Assembly (NCBI GenBank): GCA_951406725.2
Contig: OX597814.1
Location: forward strand, 219,356,001 to 219,420,000
Source: Octopus vulgaris
Lineage: Eukaryota
Length of the DNA stretch: 64,000 nt
Direction: 5' to 3'
The position numbers and the translations under genes were made by a program. Below are positions 40,249 through 52,694 of this stretch, in pieces. The notes under the pieces were generated by a model, which was not told the DNA's origin, did no database searches, and saw only the letters and a list, made by a program, of their open reading frames with translations. Positions within the stretch are counted from its first letter, which is position 1, and every line of letters begins with the position of its first letter.

Positions 40249-40254
40249 TAAATG

Positions 40255-40465
40255 GTACCTGTGCTGCTGGTATGCAAGTAGCACCCATTACACCCTCTTG
40301 GAGTGGTTGGTGTTAGGAAGGGCATCCAGCCGTAGAAACCATGCCAAATCAGAGTAGAGTCTCATACAGCTTTCCAGCTTGCCGGCTCTGGCCAAACCAT
40401 CCAGTCCAGGCCAGCATGGACAATGGACGTTAAATGATGATGATAATGATGATGATAATGATGAT
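40255..40465 (+). mobile_element. SINE family D 3' part
   Basis: Core and (GAT)n tail. Confidence 0.8.
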
Positions 40466-40624
40466 GCATATGATACTAAGAGATAACTTCTTGCAGGTGG
40501 TCCATAATTTAGGTAAAGAGATTATACGGTCTCTGGCAACAAGTCCCTCCCTTTAAGATTGTATTTTACTCTCAGTATCGATCTATCTATATCTATTTAT
40601 TTATCTATCTATCTGTCTGCCTGT

Positions 40625-40806
40625 ATGTATGTATGTATATATTCAGGAGTGGCTGTGTGGTAAGTAGCTTGCTAACCAACCACATGGTTCTGGGTTCAGT
40701 CCCACTGCATGGCACCTTGGGCAAGTGTCTTCTACTATAGCCTCGGGCCGACCAAAGCCTTGTGAGTGGATTTGGTAGACGGAAACTGAAAGAAGACTGT
40801 CGTATA

Positions 40807-40859
<53 letters not shown>

Positions 40860-41025
40860 GCGTGTGTGTTTGTATGTCTGTGTTTGTCTCCCTAGCATTG
40901 CTTGACAACTGATGCTGGTGTGTTTACATCCCCGTCACTTAGTGGTTCAGCAAAAGAGACCGATAGAATAAGTACTGGGCTTACAAAGAATAAGTCCCGG
41001 GGTTGATTTCCTCGACAAGTAAAAG
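40625..41025 (+). mobile_element. SINE family C
   Basis: Forward copy with a 3' deletion. Confidence 0.9.
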
Positions 41026-41088
41026 AGTGTGTACCGTTGGTGATTTTTTTCCTCCGTCTTCCCTTCTTTGGATCTTTCCTTCTCCTAT

Positions 41089-41123
41089 GTTTCTGACGAA
41101 GAGTTCCGCTCGAAACGTTAAAC
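41089..41123 (+). ncRNA. minimal type I hammerhead ribozyme motif
   Basis: GTTT-CTGACGA-A-GAG-TTCCG-CTC-GAAA-CG-TT-AAAC; stem I GTTT/AAAC, stem II GAG/CTC, vestigial stem III. Confidence 0.7.
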
Positions 41124-41641
41124 CCTCCTTCTTTCCTTCTTTCCTGAGCGTCCAATAATGCTATACTTGTTCCACGTCCTCGCGTTGTTGTGTTTTCTCT
41201 TTGTGTTTTCATGCTCATATACAAAACTATGTACATTTGTTAATAGGTTACTCTCCATACAAACACATATACAAATCTATGTCAACACGTAAGTGCACAG
41301 GCACTGGTCTGTATATATCTGTTAAGAGATAATCATTATCATGCACATACATAAACACACAGTTAAGGAGTCCCATAATCCCTTAATAAATTGTTGGATC
41401 ATCACTAATGAAGGCCAAGGGAGACTTTTCTATATATGGGTTGTTTAGTTTGGTGTTGCATAGTTGTCATTTTCTATCTCTTTATTACTAATAAAGAAAC
41501 TAAGAGGCAAAGAAAGGGAAAGAAAATTAGAGAAAATAACAGTATGGGAGAATAAACAAAAGAGAAAAGAGAGAGAGGTAAAATAAAATGAGTCAGTACC
41601 TTTTCCCCTTATCATATATAAACATAAGTTCTGTAAATATA

Positions 41642-42409
41642 TTGGGTTGTCCGGAAAGGTTGCACCGATTTTTAAAGGAAAGAAAAAGGTCAATAAATAC
41701 TTGCCATTACATTTTTAATCAACCAAATATGAACTATTTTGTTGCACAATGTGTCTCCATCTTTCCTTTAACTTGAAAATACCCTCTTCCCAGAATTGAG
41801 GTGGTTTCATGGCAAAGAATTCATCAAGGTATCTTTTTACGTCATCCGAGGAATTGAAATTTTTACCATTAAGACCTGAATAAGTGGAAATCCAAAGGTC
41901 TCTGCAGAGACCTGAATAAGTGGAAATCCAAAGGAGCAATATCTGGTGAATATGGAGGGTGGGGTAACACATCCCAGCCAAGCTGCAGTAATTTTTGTCT
42001 GGTTCCCAAAGCGTCAAGTGCCGAAAATGAACTTTGTTATCTTCCATTTTAAAGGGTTACAGAATTAACACAGGTTATAGGAACATAAACGTTCGAAAAG
42101 ATAGCTTAAACCGTGCTCTAAATGGAAGTGTAGTCAAATCCTATCTTATGGACTCAACCATGTTCTAAAATAAGTCGTAAAGTAAGCTACTATAAATCGG
42201 CACGATATGCATGTATGTGTGTGTATATATATATGTCTATAATACATATAATTCTTATAGTAACATAAACCTTCTTCCACGAAAAGATAGCTTAAACTGT
42301 GCTCTAAATGGAGGTGTAGTCAAATCCTATTTTGTGGACTCAACCATGTTCTAAAATAAATCGAAAGATAAGCTGCTATAAATCGGCACGAACTTTCCGG
42401 ACAACCCAA
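41642..42409 (-). mobile_element. internally deleted mariner element
   Basis: TA TSDs; TIRs TTGGGTTGTCCGGAAAG(G/T)T..C.CCGATTT; frameshifted [24 protein letters not shown] and GIFKLKERW..IV. Confidence 0.92.
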
Positions 42410-43398
42410 TATTTTATTTGGTTTTGTAGTTACATCTTCTTTAAAAAAAAAAAAAAAGAAACTGTAACCGTGTTTCAAATTCTCAGCAAGTCAAACCGAA
42501 CGATTTCATAACTGAACGCATTACTTTATAATGTTTGCTTAAAACTGATCTTTGTGGTTGCTAATGTTGTAGACTTTCAATGAAACTAGAAACTTGCTGT
42601 CGTAATTGTTTTTTTTTTTGTTTTTTTTCTCTATTTCATTATTGGAAATATGAAATGTTATAGTTTCATTATTCACTGACAATTTCTAAAGGTTTTATTA
42701 CAAAGAAACTAAATAGGTGTAAAAATGTTGTTGAATAAATGAGATCCAGTCTTTTTAAGTAACTCTCACAACATAAGTTAAAGTAACTCACAGGAGACGA
42801 AGAACTGATATTTTAGTTGTCATGTGAAAAGGAGATCTATATTTCTTTAAAAAACAAAAACAAAAACAAAAAACATTGCTTTACCAGTGAATGTTGACAG
42901 AGATATATGTGACGTGTAGGAATTCTATTCTATGAATTATTTCTAACTTCAACAAGTCAGATGATAATTCAAAGTCTTACAAATTAGTTAAAATATTCAT
43001 CAGCAATGTAATGAATGAAAACATAAAAAATCATAACTATAATTTAAATAATCAAATAAGAGGGACATTAAAATTAGCAACTGTATTTTCAGTAACGAAA
43101 CCCCACAAATGGAAAACAATTTGAGACTGCAAAAAGATAATTGTACCCAGAAACCAATTCGTTATCATATAATTTATCACATTTGTTTTGTTTATATTTG
43201 ATAAAAATCAATTTTCAGTACGCTCCATTCACAGAGGAATTTTTTGTTCAAAGGCAAATATAATTTAAAGCAAAAGATACTTCATAGTAAATATTCATTC
43301 ATATTATATTATTATATTGTATACCAAATGTGTGTGTATTTGTGTGTATATGTGTGTATGTATGTGTGTGTGTATATATATATATATATGTGTGTGTA

Positions 43399-43436
<38 letters not shown>

Positions 43437-43857
43437 CTTAAAATCCACTGCTTTATTTTGAGATTGCTAGTGTTAACAATACTCACAAATAAAATACAGA
43501 CTGGAGTTGTAGTGCTCCAAGTGAGCTATATTCTGTTTAATAATCTCAATGAAGACAATGAAGGCGGAAACTAGAGGAACATAATAACCACACTCAAAAT
43601 CAAATATATACATTTATTCTTCTACATTTATAAAATGGATATAAAAATTCCAAATATATAAATATAAAAATAAATATAAATAGATAAATATCGATGTGAT
43701 ACATAAAACACAGTGAATTTTAGATTTAAAAGTTATAATACATTGGTGTAATAAAAATTTGAGATGATAAAACATTAAAAGGACGTACTAAAATACCACG
43801 AAGATAATACAAAAATTTAAATTCCATCAACGGCTGTTTCAGAGACGTGCCAAGTAA

Positions 43858-44255
43858 TCTTTATATATAAAAGAGAGGTTGTGTGCTGTCTGTCTCCTAC
43901 GATTTAGATTCCTAACTACTCCCACATTTTGCGGTGCAGTTTAGCCAAAACCGGGGTATCATATAGTCGTGATTCATATTGAGCCCTTCTGGGTATTAGC
44001 ACACATCTACGATGAGTCTACGATTAAAAAAAAAATTTACCATCAATTTTTCCCATTTTTAATGCATTTTTGGCATATATAAGGGAAGTAACTCTCTAAA
44101 AATTTATTATTAAATTTCAGAACGTAAAAAGCTACAGTAACACCCCCCGCTTTGTGGTTAGCCATATTGAGATGGGTATTATAATTTACATCTCTAAAAA
44201 TGCTTATATAGTTATTTCCCTTACAAACCCGAGCAACGCCGGGCGATACTGCTAG
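43858..44255 (+). mobile_element. non-autonomous Helitron
   Basis: 5' TC(TTTATATATAAAAG), 3' hairpin CCCGAGCAACGCCGGG followed by CTAG; inserted between A and T with no TSD. Confidence 0.88.
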
Positions 44256-44689
44256 TATGATATATTTCATATTTTTAAAACTAACACTCTCCTCTCTCTG
44301 GAGGGATTTATAGGGATGATGCGTTGTTTATTGTCTCTAATCTTTCGAATCCTCAAATTGAGATATTGAAGAAAGAGCTAAGGGAGTTTTTGAAGGACTT
44401 TTATAATCTGAACGTTGTATATGAGAACAATCCTAAAGTAACAAATTTTTCGGATATCACTCTTGATCTTAATACTAACCTCTACTACCCTTTTTGAAAA
44501 CCAAATCAAACTTTCCAATGCATCAATGTATCCTCCAATCATCCTAAATCAACTATTAATAGTATTGAAACTGCAATATCCATTAGAGTCTCAAACCTAT
44601 CAGCTAATGAAAGCATTTTTAATCAATAGGCTCCTAGCTATACTAATGCTTTAAAATTAAGCGTGTTTACTAATAATATTGAATATAAA

Positions 44690-45158
<469 letters not shown>

Positions 45159-45347
45159 AACTAAAAACAAAGCTGGCCAGCATCGTGGATGAAAAGAAAG
45201 AGATCTCGGATAGCAGAAACTCTCTATTCGATCCCCTAGAAGCCTACATTGCTAAAGATCAATATTTGTGCTGATAAAATGAAGTTTAACAATGATAGGA
45301 ATAAAGGAGATAAAGTTGAAAATGAAAAGTAATAACAATAATAAAAT

Positions 45348-45570
45348 TAGTACTAAAAATAGTACTAAAAATAGTACTAAAAATAGTACTAAAAATAGTA
45401 CTAAAAATAGTACTAAAAATAGTACTAAAAATAGTACTAAAAATAGTACTAAAAATAGTACTAAAAATAGTACTAAAAATAGTACTAAAAATAGTACTAA
45501 AAATAGTACTAAAAATAGTACTAAAAATAGTACTAAAATTAGTACTAAAAATAGTACTAAAAATAGTACT
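45348..45570. repeat. 12-bp minisatellite (AGTACTAAAAAT) x~18
   Basis: Direct observation; reads STKN in frame. Confidence 0.95.
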
Positions 45571-45738
45571 GATGTGGATACCATGGATGATGAGGATACT
45601 AACAGATGTAGAGATGGTAGTAATAAGAATTATAAATATGAACAGAATTATAAAGTTAGGTTTATGTCAAATGAAAGTGGAAACAAGTATGAAAATAAAA
45701 ATATAAATAAAAATTTAAACGTGAATAGCTTTACATAT

Positions 45739-47659
45739 ACTCTTTTTTTTTTTTACTCTTTTTTACTTGTTTCAGTCATTTGACTGCGGCCATGCTGGAG
45801 CACCTCCTCTTAGTTGAGCAACTCGACCCCAAGACTTATTCTTTTTGTAAGCCCAGTACTTATTCTATCGGTCACTTTTTGCCGAACCGCTAAGTGACGG
45901 GGACGTAAACACACCAGCATCGGTTGTCAAGCAATGCTAGGGGGACAAACACAGACACAAAAACACACACACACATACATATATATATATACATATATAC
46001 GACAGGCTTCTTTCAGTTTCCGTCTACCAGATCCACTCACAAGGCATTGGTCGGCCCGGGGCTATAGCGGAAGACATTTGCCCAAGATGCCACGCAGTGG
46101 GACTGAACCCGGAACCATGTGGTTGGTTAGCAAGCTACTTTATTTCATGAAAGATTCGCCATTAAGGCGTTACATAGAGGGGACATACAATTACAGACAA
46201 ACATATAGGGTGTAGTAGCTTAAAACGTTGGTGATTACAATAAAATATATATGATATTTACAATATAAAATTTTAAAAAGTTGGTATTATACAGTAGGGC
46301 ACGGATCCCAACCATCTGGGTAGAACCTTTACTTCCTGATCCGGCCACACTTACCTGGTGCCAGATATACGCAGCTTGCATGCTACAGACTTCCATCTTT
46401 TCGCAAACATGTCTCGTGACAGACACCTCTTCTCCAGCCTGATCTTACTACCGAGGTGGTAACTAAAAAGTTAACCAGCCCCTTGCCGGATACAAAGGTA
46501 CCTGTCACTATACCTTTCGTACGCGTCTTCCATACTGTTTCTTTCAGTATGGCTACTACGCAGGAAAAACAAGCCTTCCTTTCCCTGCTGAGGAAAGGAG
46601 GTGGCACAATCTCAATGATAGACTCCGCTGATAGCTGTACTCTTCCATTCACTGACAACAGTTGTTCGGCGAAAGCAATCAGTCCCGATAACTCCGGACA
46701 CTCCACGAATGCGTGCAAGACGGTTTCCCTATCCTGCTCACATCGCGGACATGTCGGCGAGACGGCACTTCCGTGCCTTGACAGCTTGTCGCGAACAGGT
46801 AACGCCGCACGGAAACACTGCCAGGCCAGGGATTTCTGGTAATTATCCAGGTACCCCAGCCCGAACGTTCTCCAGAACAGGTTGGTCAACTGATTTTCAT
46901 CGTAGCCCAGGGTCTCCCCCAAGGCGTCTTCGGACTTAAACTCCACTAACCCGCTATAGAAATCCGCGGTGGAACTCCTGTTGCCGGCATTGTCCGCCCG
47001 AGAGAGTAGTTGAAGTGCCTGACGGCACTCCAATTGCCAGTCCCCCAGCCTAGGTCTCTGCTTGATCCAATTACCAATGTCCGTTAAGGACGTTAATCGC
47101 GGAAAGTAGAACCGAATGTGCGGTGACCACACCTGTTCTCCATCCAAGTAAAGCCAGAGGTGCCTCAACCTTAACGCGACCTTTCGCATCTTCAGCCAAG
47201 GCATCCCTAGCCCACCCTTTAGCGGTTTCTGGCAGCAGACAGAGCGCTTTACAAGTGGCTTCCCTCCTTTCCACAAAAAGTGGAAAAGGATTCTCTCCAA
47301 CTTGTTCAGCCACAAATCGGGGCAAGGCACCACGGTCAGGCGGTAGGTGACTACTGATGCTATGAACATCTGCACCACCTACGCCCTCCCTAGCAAGGAT
47401 AACGCCCGTCCAGACCAGGTCTGGGTTAGAGCGGTCACCTTGCCAGCCACCTCACTCCAATTTTTCTCTATCTGGAGGTCTGGCCCGAACCAGACTCCGA
47501 GCAGCTTAACAGGACCTTCCGTCCAACGCCCCACTACGTTATTGGATGGCATCAGCTTGCCCCTCCAGGTGCCGAGTTGCAAACCGACCGACTTGTCCTT
47601 GTTCACCTTTGCTCCTGCCACCGCCTCGTAGCTTTTTACCACACAGCCACTCCTGCGCC
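45739..47659 (-). mobile_element. SINE family C split by an L1/Tx1 insertion
   Basis: SINE body 45739-46140 ends CAAGCTACTT; its head resumes TTACCACACAGCCACTCCTGCGCC at ~47636-47658. Confidence 0.9.
46141..47635 (-). mobile_element. 5'-truncated L1/Tx1-clade LINE (ORF2 C-terminus plus 3' UTR)
   Basis: GAKVNKDKS, VKLLGVWF, WSGRALSLLGR, FLWKG...GGLG.P, CPRC...ETVLHAFVECP zinc knuckle; GC-rich, largely open frame (one TAG at 47379-81). Confidence 0.92.
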
Positions 47660-48099
47660 TATGGCAAACTAAGTCAAACAACATATTGTAAGCCCACTTT
47701 TAATACCAAATCTAGGGTTCGTCAGGTTATTTGGTTCATCCCTTGTTTTTCATCAAGAGTGAAAGACCTGCCAAGATTATTCTTTAAATTATTGAAAGAA
47801 AACTTCCCAAAACATCATAAATATTACTCAATATGCAATAAATCATCAATAAAGCTAGCTTATTTGGTCACTCCCAATCTCGGGTCTATTATCGCTTCAA
47901 TGAACAGGAATAAAATAAGATACTGTATTGATAGAAATGATAATAATAATTTTGGTAAGAACATTAAAACTGATAATGGGAAATTCATTAATGGCACTGA
48001 TGATAGCAGTAATAGAGATAGATCACCTTGTGAAATTGAATGTGAAAGAAGTATAAGAATGACTAATGATACAAATGATAATATGAATAATAATAATAA

Positions 48100-48350
48100 C
48101 AACAACAACAACAATGATAAATGCCCTGATGCAGTACCAGGCAGTGGTTCTTGTGGTTTCTGATCTTAACTGATTGGAAGTGTTATCTTGTACATTCTTT
48201 TGTCTTGGTATAAAAGATGGGCTACAGCAAATACTCTGCTCAATACCACAGATTTGCTTGTCAGTTGTTTGACTTTAACCATTCAAGCTTGTCCCTTAGT
48301 GACTGACGATATGTGCATCTCTGATCATGAGCAGAAGTAGTGGGGGAGCA
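48100..48350 (-). mobile_element. retroposon 3' fragment with (TTG)n tail
   Basis: Non-simple ~230-bp block adjoining (AAC)n; family not identified. Confidence 0.4.
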
Positions 48351-48611
48351 TGTATGTATGTATGTATGTATGTAAAAGGGTCAGTCAAGTGACTGTAGTA
48401 AGTTACAATTTTTTAGTTTCTAACGGAAACACAGCTTGTATAGAGAATTCAGAGACGACAGATGACGTGATAATTGATCAATAAATTTATTAATCAATGT
48501 GTCAAATACAGTTCATCCAATATCAAGGTCAGACAGAAAATTCTAAAATGATAGGTACTATACAAATCCAATTCAAAAGCAAGTAAGGTTGCTAAAAATG
48601 TGATAATCAAA

Positions 48612-48865
48612 TCTATAAATAAATGGAATGAGAAAGGTTGTTTTGTACTACAATTGTTTCAAAAGCACATCTTATGTGTGTTATGTAACATTATGAATCT
48701 CCTGTAAATGTAGTGTTTCCTCATCCGGTACATGCAGCCTTTCTACTTGGAGAAAATACACTGGACAGTTGCAGGACATTTGTAATGTTATGTAACATGC
48801 ATCCAATGTACTTTTGAAAGTGTTGTAGAACTCAATGGCCTCTTCCATTCAATTTATTTACATAT
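48612..48865. repeat. diverged inverted repeat containing a degenerate hammerhead motif
   Basis: Reverse complement of 48612-48732 aligns with ~48745-48865 (TGTTA..TAACA, CTTTTGAAA...TTGTAG, CATTC.ATTTATTTA). Confidence 0.65.
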
Positions 48866-49254
48866 ATACCATAACAGGTAAATTATGATAGACCAATATA
48901 TGATTGTAGCAAAAATCATATATATCTGGGAATTTGTAAATGTTTTATATCACCAACTGGTATAAAGTAATCTTTATTCGTACTTATTTTTTCATTTTCA
49001 TTTTAATAGATAACACAGTTTATATAGTTACACTTTAAAACAAGAAATCTATTATTAATTAACTTTAAAACATTTGGTGCAATTTTATTTTTAACAATTC
49101 ATTCTAACTCTTATTCTTGAGGTTTATTATGTTCCTTAAAAGGTTCATTAAGTTTCCTAAAAATTCTTGTGGAAGCACATTAAACATTCAACAAATTCTA
49201 CAGAAAATGGTTTTGGATAAACATTCAATACTTTATCACCTAGTTGATATATAT

Positions 49255-49670
49255 ATATTGTTATATTTCGGAATGGTCATTTTGCCAGTTTAGCCAATAA
49301 AAACACACGCACTATATATTTGGTGTTACTTTGCTTTGGTGTTATTTATTTTTTACATTAATCTATATCCTATTTCGGCCAGAGTTCTTTCTTCACACTC
49401 CTGTGACCGCATCAGTGGTCCTTTGTTTTCTTCTTTCTTATTTGTGTCTCTCCTTACTAACCGTCAGCCATTTTGTATTTCTATTCTATGTCTTCATTTG
49501 CGCATGCTTATATCTCTATGTGCGTTTATGTTTATTCAGTGTGTGTATGTGGTGGGGGGGATGCCTGTAATATTTGTATCTTCTGTTTATATACGTTCAT
49601 GTATTGTTTTTGTTTATTCTTATTTTATTGGCTAAACTGGCAAAATGACCATTCCAAAATATAACAATAT
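49255..49670. repeat. element bounded by 48-bp inverted repeats (possible PLE inverted terminus)
   Basis: ATATTGTTATATTTCGGAATGGTCATTTTGCCAGTTTAGCCAATAAAA versus its reverse complement at 49623-49670 (1 mismatch). Confidence 0.8.
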
Positions 49671-49729
49671 CTGTTTCAACACACGACTTCACATAAAAAA
49701 TCTTGCACAACAAATATTTAAACGATATA

Positions 49730-49776
<47 letters not shown>

Positions 49777-50504
49777 GGATGAATGAATTATCCTTTGTTT
49801 ACTGTTAACATGGAAAATTCAATAAACAGTTACCAGGGTAGCAAAATTCACGCAAGTAACAAGGATGTTGCAACACTAGTGAGGTGACCAAATAACTTGC
49901 AAGGCAAAGACCCTTTGACAGTGGGGTGGGATATTGAGGGAGGTAAATCTATGCTAGGTGATGTGAATGATAGAGGAACAGAAACAGGTGTGTTGCTGTT
50001 GAGGAGATTCAGGGTTAGCCCAGTCAGAGGAAGAGCATGAACAAGAGAGGGTGAGCAAGAGAGAGAGAGAGAGAACAAGACAAAAGTGAGAGGGAGCAAA
50101 AGTAAGAGATAGAGAGAGTAAGAGAGATTGTGGTAACGTGCCAGAGCATACTCTTGAGGTATGAGGATGTGGATATAATTGGGATGGCAGAGGATTGCCA
50201 AAGGTATGTAAGTAGGGTTCATGTGAATGCGAAAGGAGGTGGGGGGGGATGCAGTGACTGGTAAGATCTGTGTATATAGGGTGGGGACAACTGGATAGTG
50301 GTGATACAGCCGGTAGGGCAGGGAAGACAGAATTAGGCTGTAGGAGTGGGGAGGAAGAGATATGCATAGTACATGAAGAAGAGGAGATGTGAGGAAGAGA
50401 AGGGGAGATGTAGGTTCACTTCTTGGGGCAGGGTGTGTGAAAAATTTTATGTTACATGTGGGTGGAACACACAGTGCTTCCAGAACTCAGCTTCACTGAG
50501 GTGA

Positions 50505-51712
50505 GTGGGTCTTCCCAAGAAACTCATATTGTCAGACATCTTGGGCCATTGTCATCTTGAGATTTTCCTTCACTACTTCATCCCATATCTTCCTGAGTCT
50601 CTCTCTCCCACAAGTGCCATCCACTTTAAGCAATTGGCACTTCTTTATACAACCGTCTTCATCACATGTCCAAACCAACATAGTCTTCTCTCTTGCATGC
50701 TGCCTCTGATTCCTCTGATACCCAATTTTTCTCTCAGCACATTTGCACCTTGTCATCCATGCACACTGATGTATATCCATCAGAGTATACTAGCTTCATT
50801 CCTCTCTAGTATACGCATGTCTTCTGCATTCAGGACCTATGTCTCAGTACCATAAAGTATAGCTGTTCATACACAAGCATCACGCAATCTGTTTTTCACT
50901 CTGAGAGAGATCTCTTTTGTTGCCGACAGAGGTAATAGTCCTCTGAACTTCTTCCATCCTGTTCTTAGTCTAACAGCGATACTTTCAGAACATCCTCAGT
51001 AACAGAAACTATCTACAACATTGAGGGAAGCTCCTGAGCATTTGAGGGAGCCCAATCCCCATGTGTCCTTAGTGCTTATTGTTCCTCACATCAGCCTTGT
51101 ACAAAGATGACTTTCTCTGTTAACCATCTGTGAATCCTCTGCACCTCTCATTGTCCATAGCTTGCACTGGGTTCAACAAATGGAATTTCTTCCTACACCT
51201 TTACTACATACTGAGTGGAACATTTATCTGATGGAGAGAGAGTCTTATATCTGCTTTCTTGCTAACAACAACTTTGGTCTTTGCTAGCTTAACTTTAAGG
51301 CCCTTTGATTCCAGGTTTTACTTCCATACCTGAAATTTCTTCTCCATTTCTACTACAGATTCTGCTGCAAGAGTGAGTTCATTAGCATATAGTAGTTCCT
51401 ACAGGCAGCCAGTTTTAAATTCCTTTGTTGTGGCCTGGAGGACTATGATGAATAGATGTGGACTGAGAACTGAGCCCTGGTGAACCCCTACTTGCACACT
51501 AAATTCATTACTGTACTATTGGCTGACTCGCACCCTACCAACAACTCTGTTATACATGGCTTGTACAGCTCTAACGAGCCACTCTTCTACTCTTAACTTT
51601 CTTAGAGACTACCAGATAACAGAACAAAGGACTCTGTGAAAAGCTTTCTCCAGGTCAGCAAAAGCCAAGTACAATGGTTCACTTTTGGCCAGAGACTTCT
51701 CCTGCAGCTGTC
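50505..51712 (-). mobile_element. decayed RTE-clade LINE (RT and C-terminus)
   Basis: QLQEKSLAK..PLYLAFADLEKAFHRV, GVHQGSVLSPHLF, LLYANEL; homologous to 2330-3910. Confidence 0.88.
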
Positions 51713-51754
51713 TCATGAGGAAAATGGAATCTGTGGTTCTCTTTCTAGGCACAG

Positions 51755-52283
51755 AAATTGACAGAAAGAAAGTGAGTTACAGAAAGAGCGAGACAGAAGG
51801 AGAAAAAGAGACAGAAGGATAGAGAGACAGGAAGAGAGAGAGAGAGAGACTAAAGAGAGAGAGAAAGAAAGAAAGAGCAGCAAAGAGTCACAGGAAGAGA
51901 GAGCAATAGACAACATAAGGAGAGAGACATAAAGAGAGAGAGGGAAAGAGAGAGAGAAAGAAAGACAGACAAGGAGAGAAAGGAGAAGGAAAGATAGAAA
52001 GGAGAGAGAAAAAGAGAGAAAGAAAGGGAGAAAAGAAGAAAGGGAGAGAAAGGAGGAGAGAGCGAGAAAGAAAGAGAAAGGAGGATGAGAGAAAGAAAGG
52101 GAGAAAGAAGAGAGAGAAAGAGGAAAAATAAACAGATAGAGAGAGCAATTGAGATAGAGAAACCAAAAGAGAAAGAGAGAGAGAGAGACAGAAAGCGAGG
52201 ATACTCACGGTATTAAATAACTGAAACATGAAAATATATAGGTGTGTGTGTGTTCTTTTAGTGAGGGAAAGAGAGAGAGAGAG

Positions 52284-52317
<34 letters not shown>

Positions 52318-52615
52318 GGAGAAAGAAAGAAAGAAAGAGAGAGGGAGAAAGAAAGAAAGAAAGAAAGAGAGAAAGAAGGAGGAGAGAAAGAAAGTGAGAG
52401 GGAAATGGAGAAAGGAAGAGAGAGAGAAAGAAAGAGAGGGAAACTAGACAGTGAAGAAAGAAAATCATGGAGAGAAAGTGCTTGGTTTCAGTTTCACTTT
52501 GCAGAACAAACAAAGAGACAGAATCTCTTTGGAGTCGCATGGCAGAGAGACAGACAGAGAATATAGAGGGGAAAAGAAAATAGAGGAGACAGAAAGAAAA
52601 ATCATAGAGAGAGAG
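51755..52615. repeat. polypurine (AG/AAAG) low-complexity tract
   Basis: Direct observation. Confidence 0.9.
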
Positions 52616-52694
52616 GATGTCTGGCTTTAGTTTCACTTTGTGGGACAAACAGACAAACAGAACCTCTCTTTTATATATTTATAGATTATTATTT

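Larger units (their letters stand above)
35260..41570 (+). pseudogene. putative decayed LRR-protein gene, unit 3
   Basis: LRRNT-like ECTRSCT*VNC (~35267); LLSSNITKL..RSSFATLRN (35358-35418); YSFRELRNPLRIID then, across the SINE TSD, LVGLDVSLNELN; LEVKYLNICLCKL..SLPEDIW..SITNLLLSY (39111-39260); TM-like LSFSISLLLI followed by KKLRGK (~41464-41510). Confidence 0.42.

Noticed and set aside
43822-43857. Minus-strand GAAACAGCCGTTGATGG, the 3' half of a hammerhead
   Set aside because: The CUGANGA half is not found beyond the Helitron insertion; at best a truncated relic
46456-47631. Plus-strand ORFs overlapping the Tx1 element
   Set aside because: Antisense shadows of a GC-rich LINE ORF2
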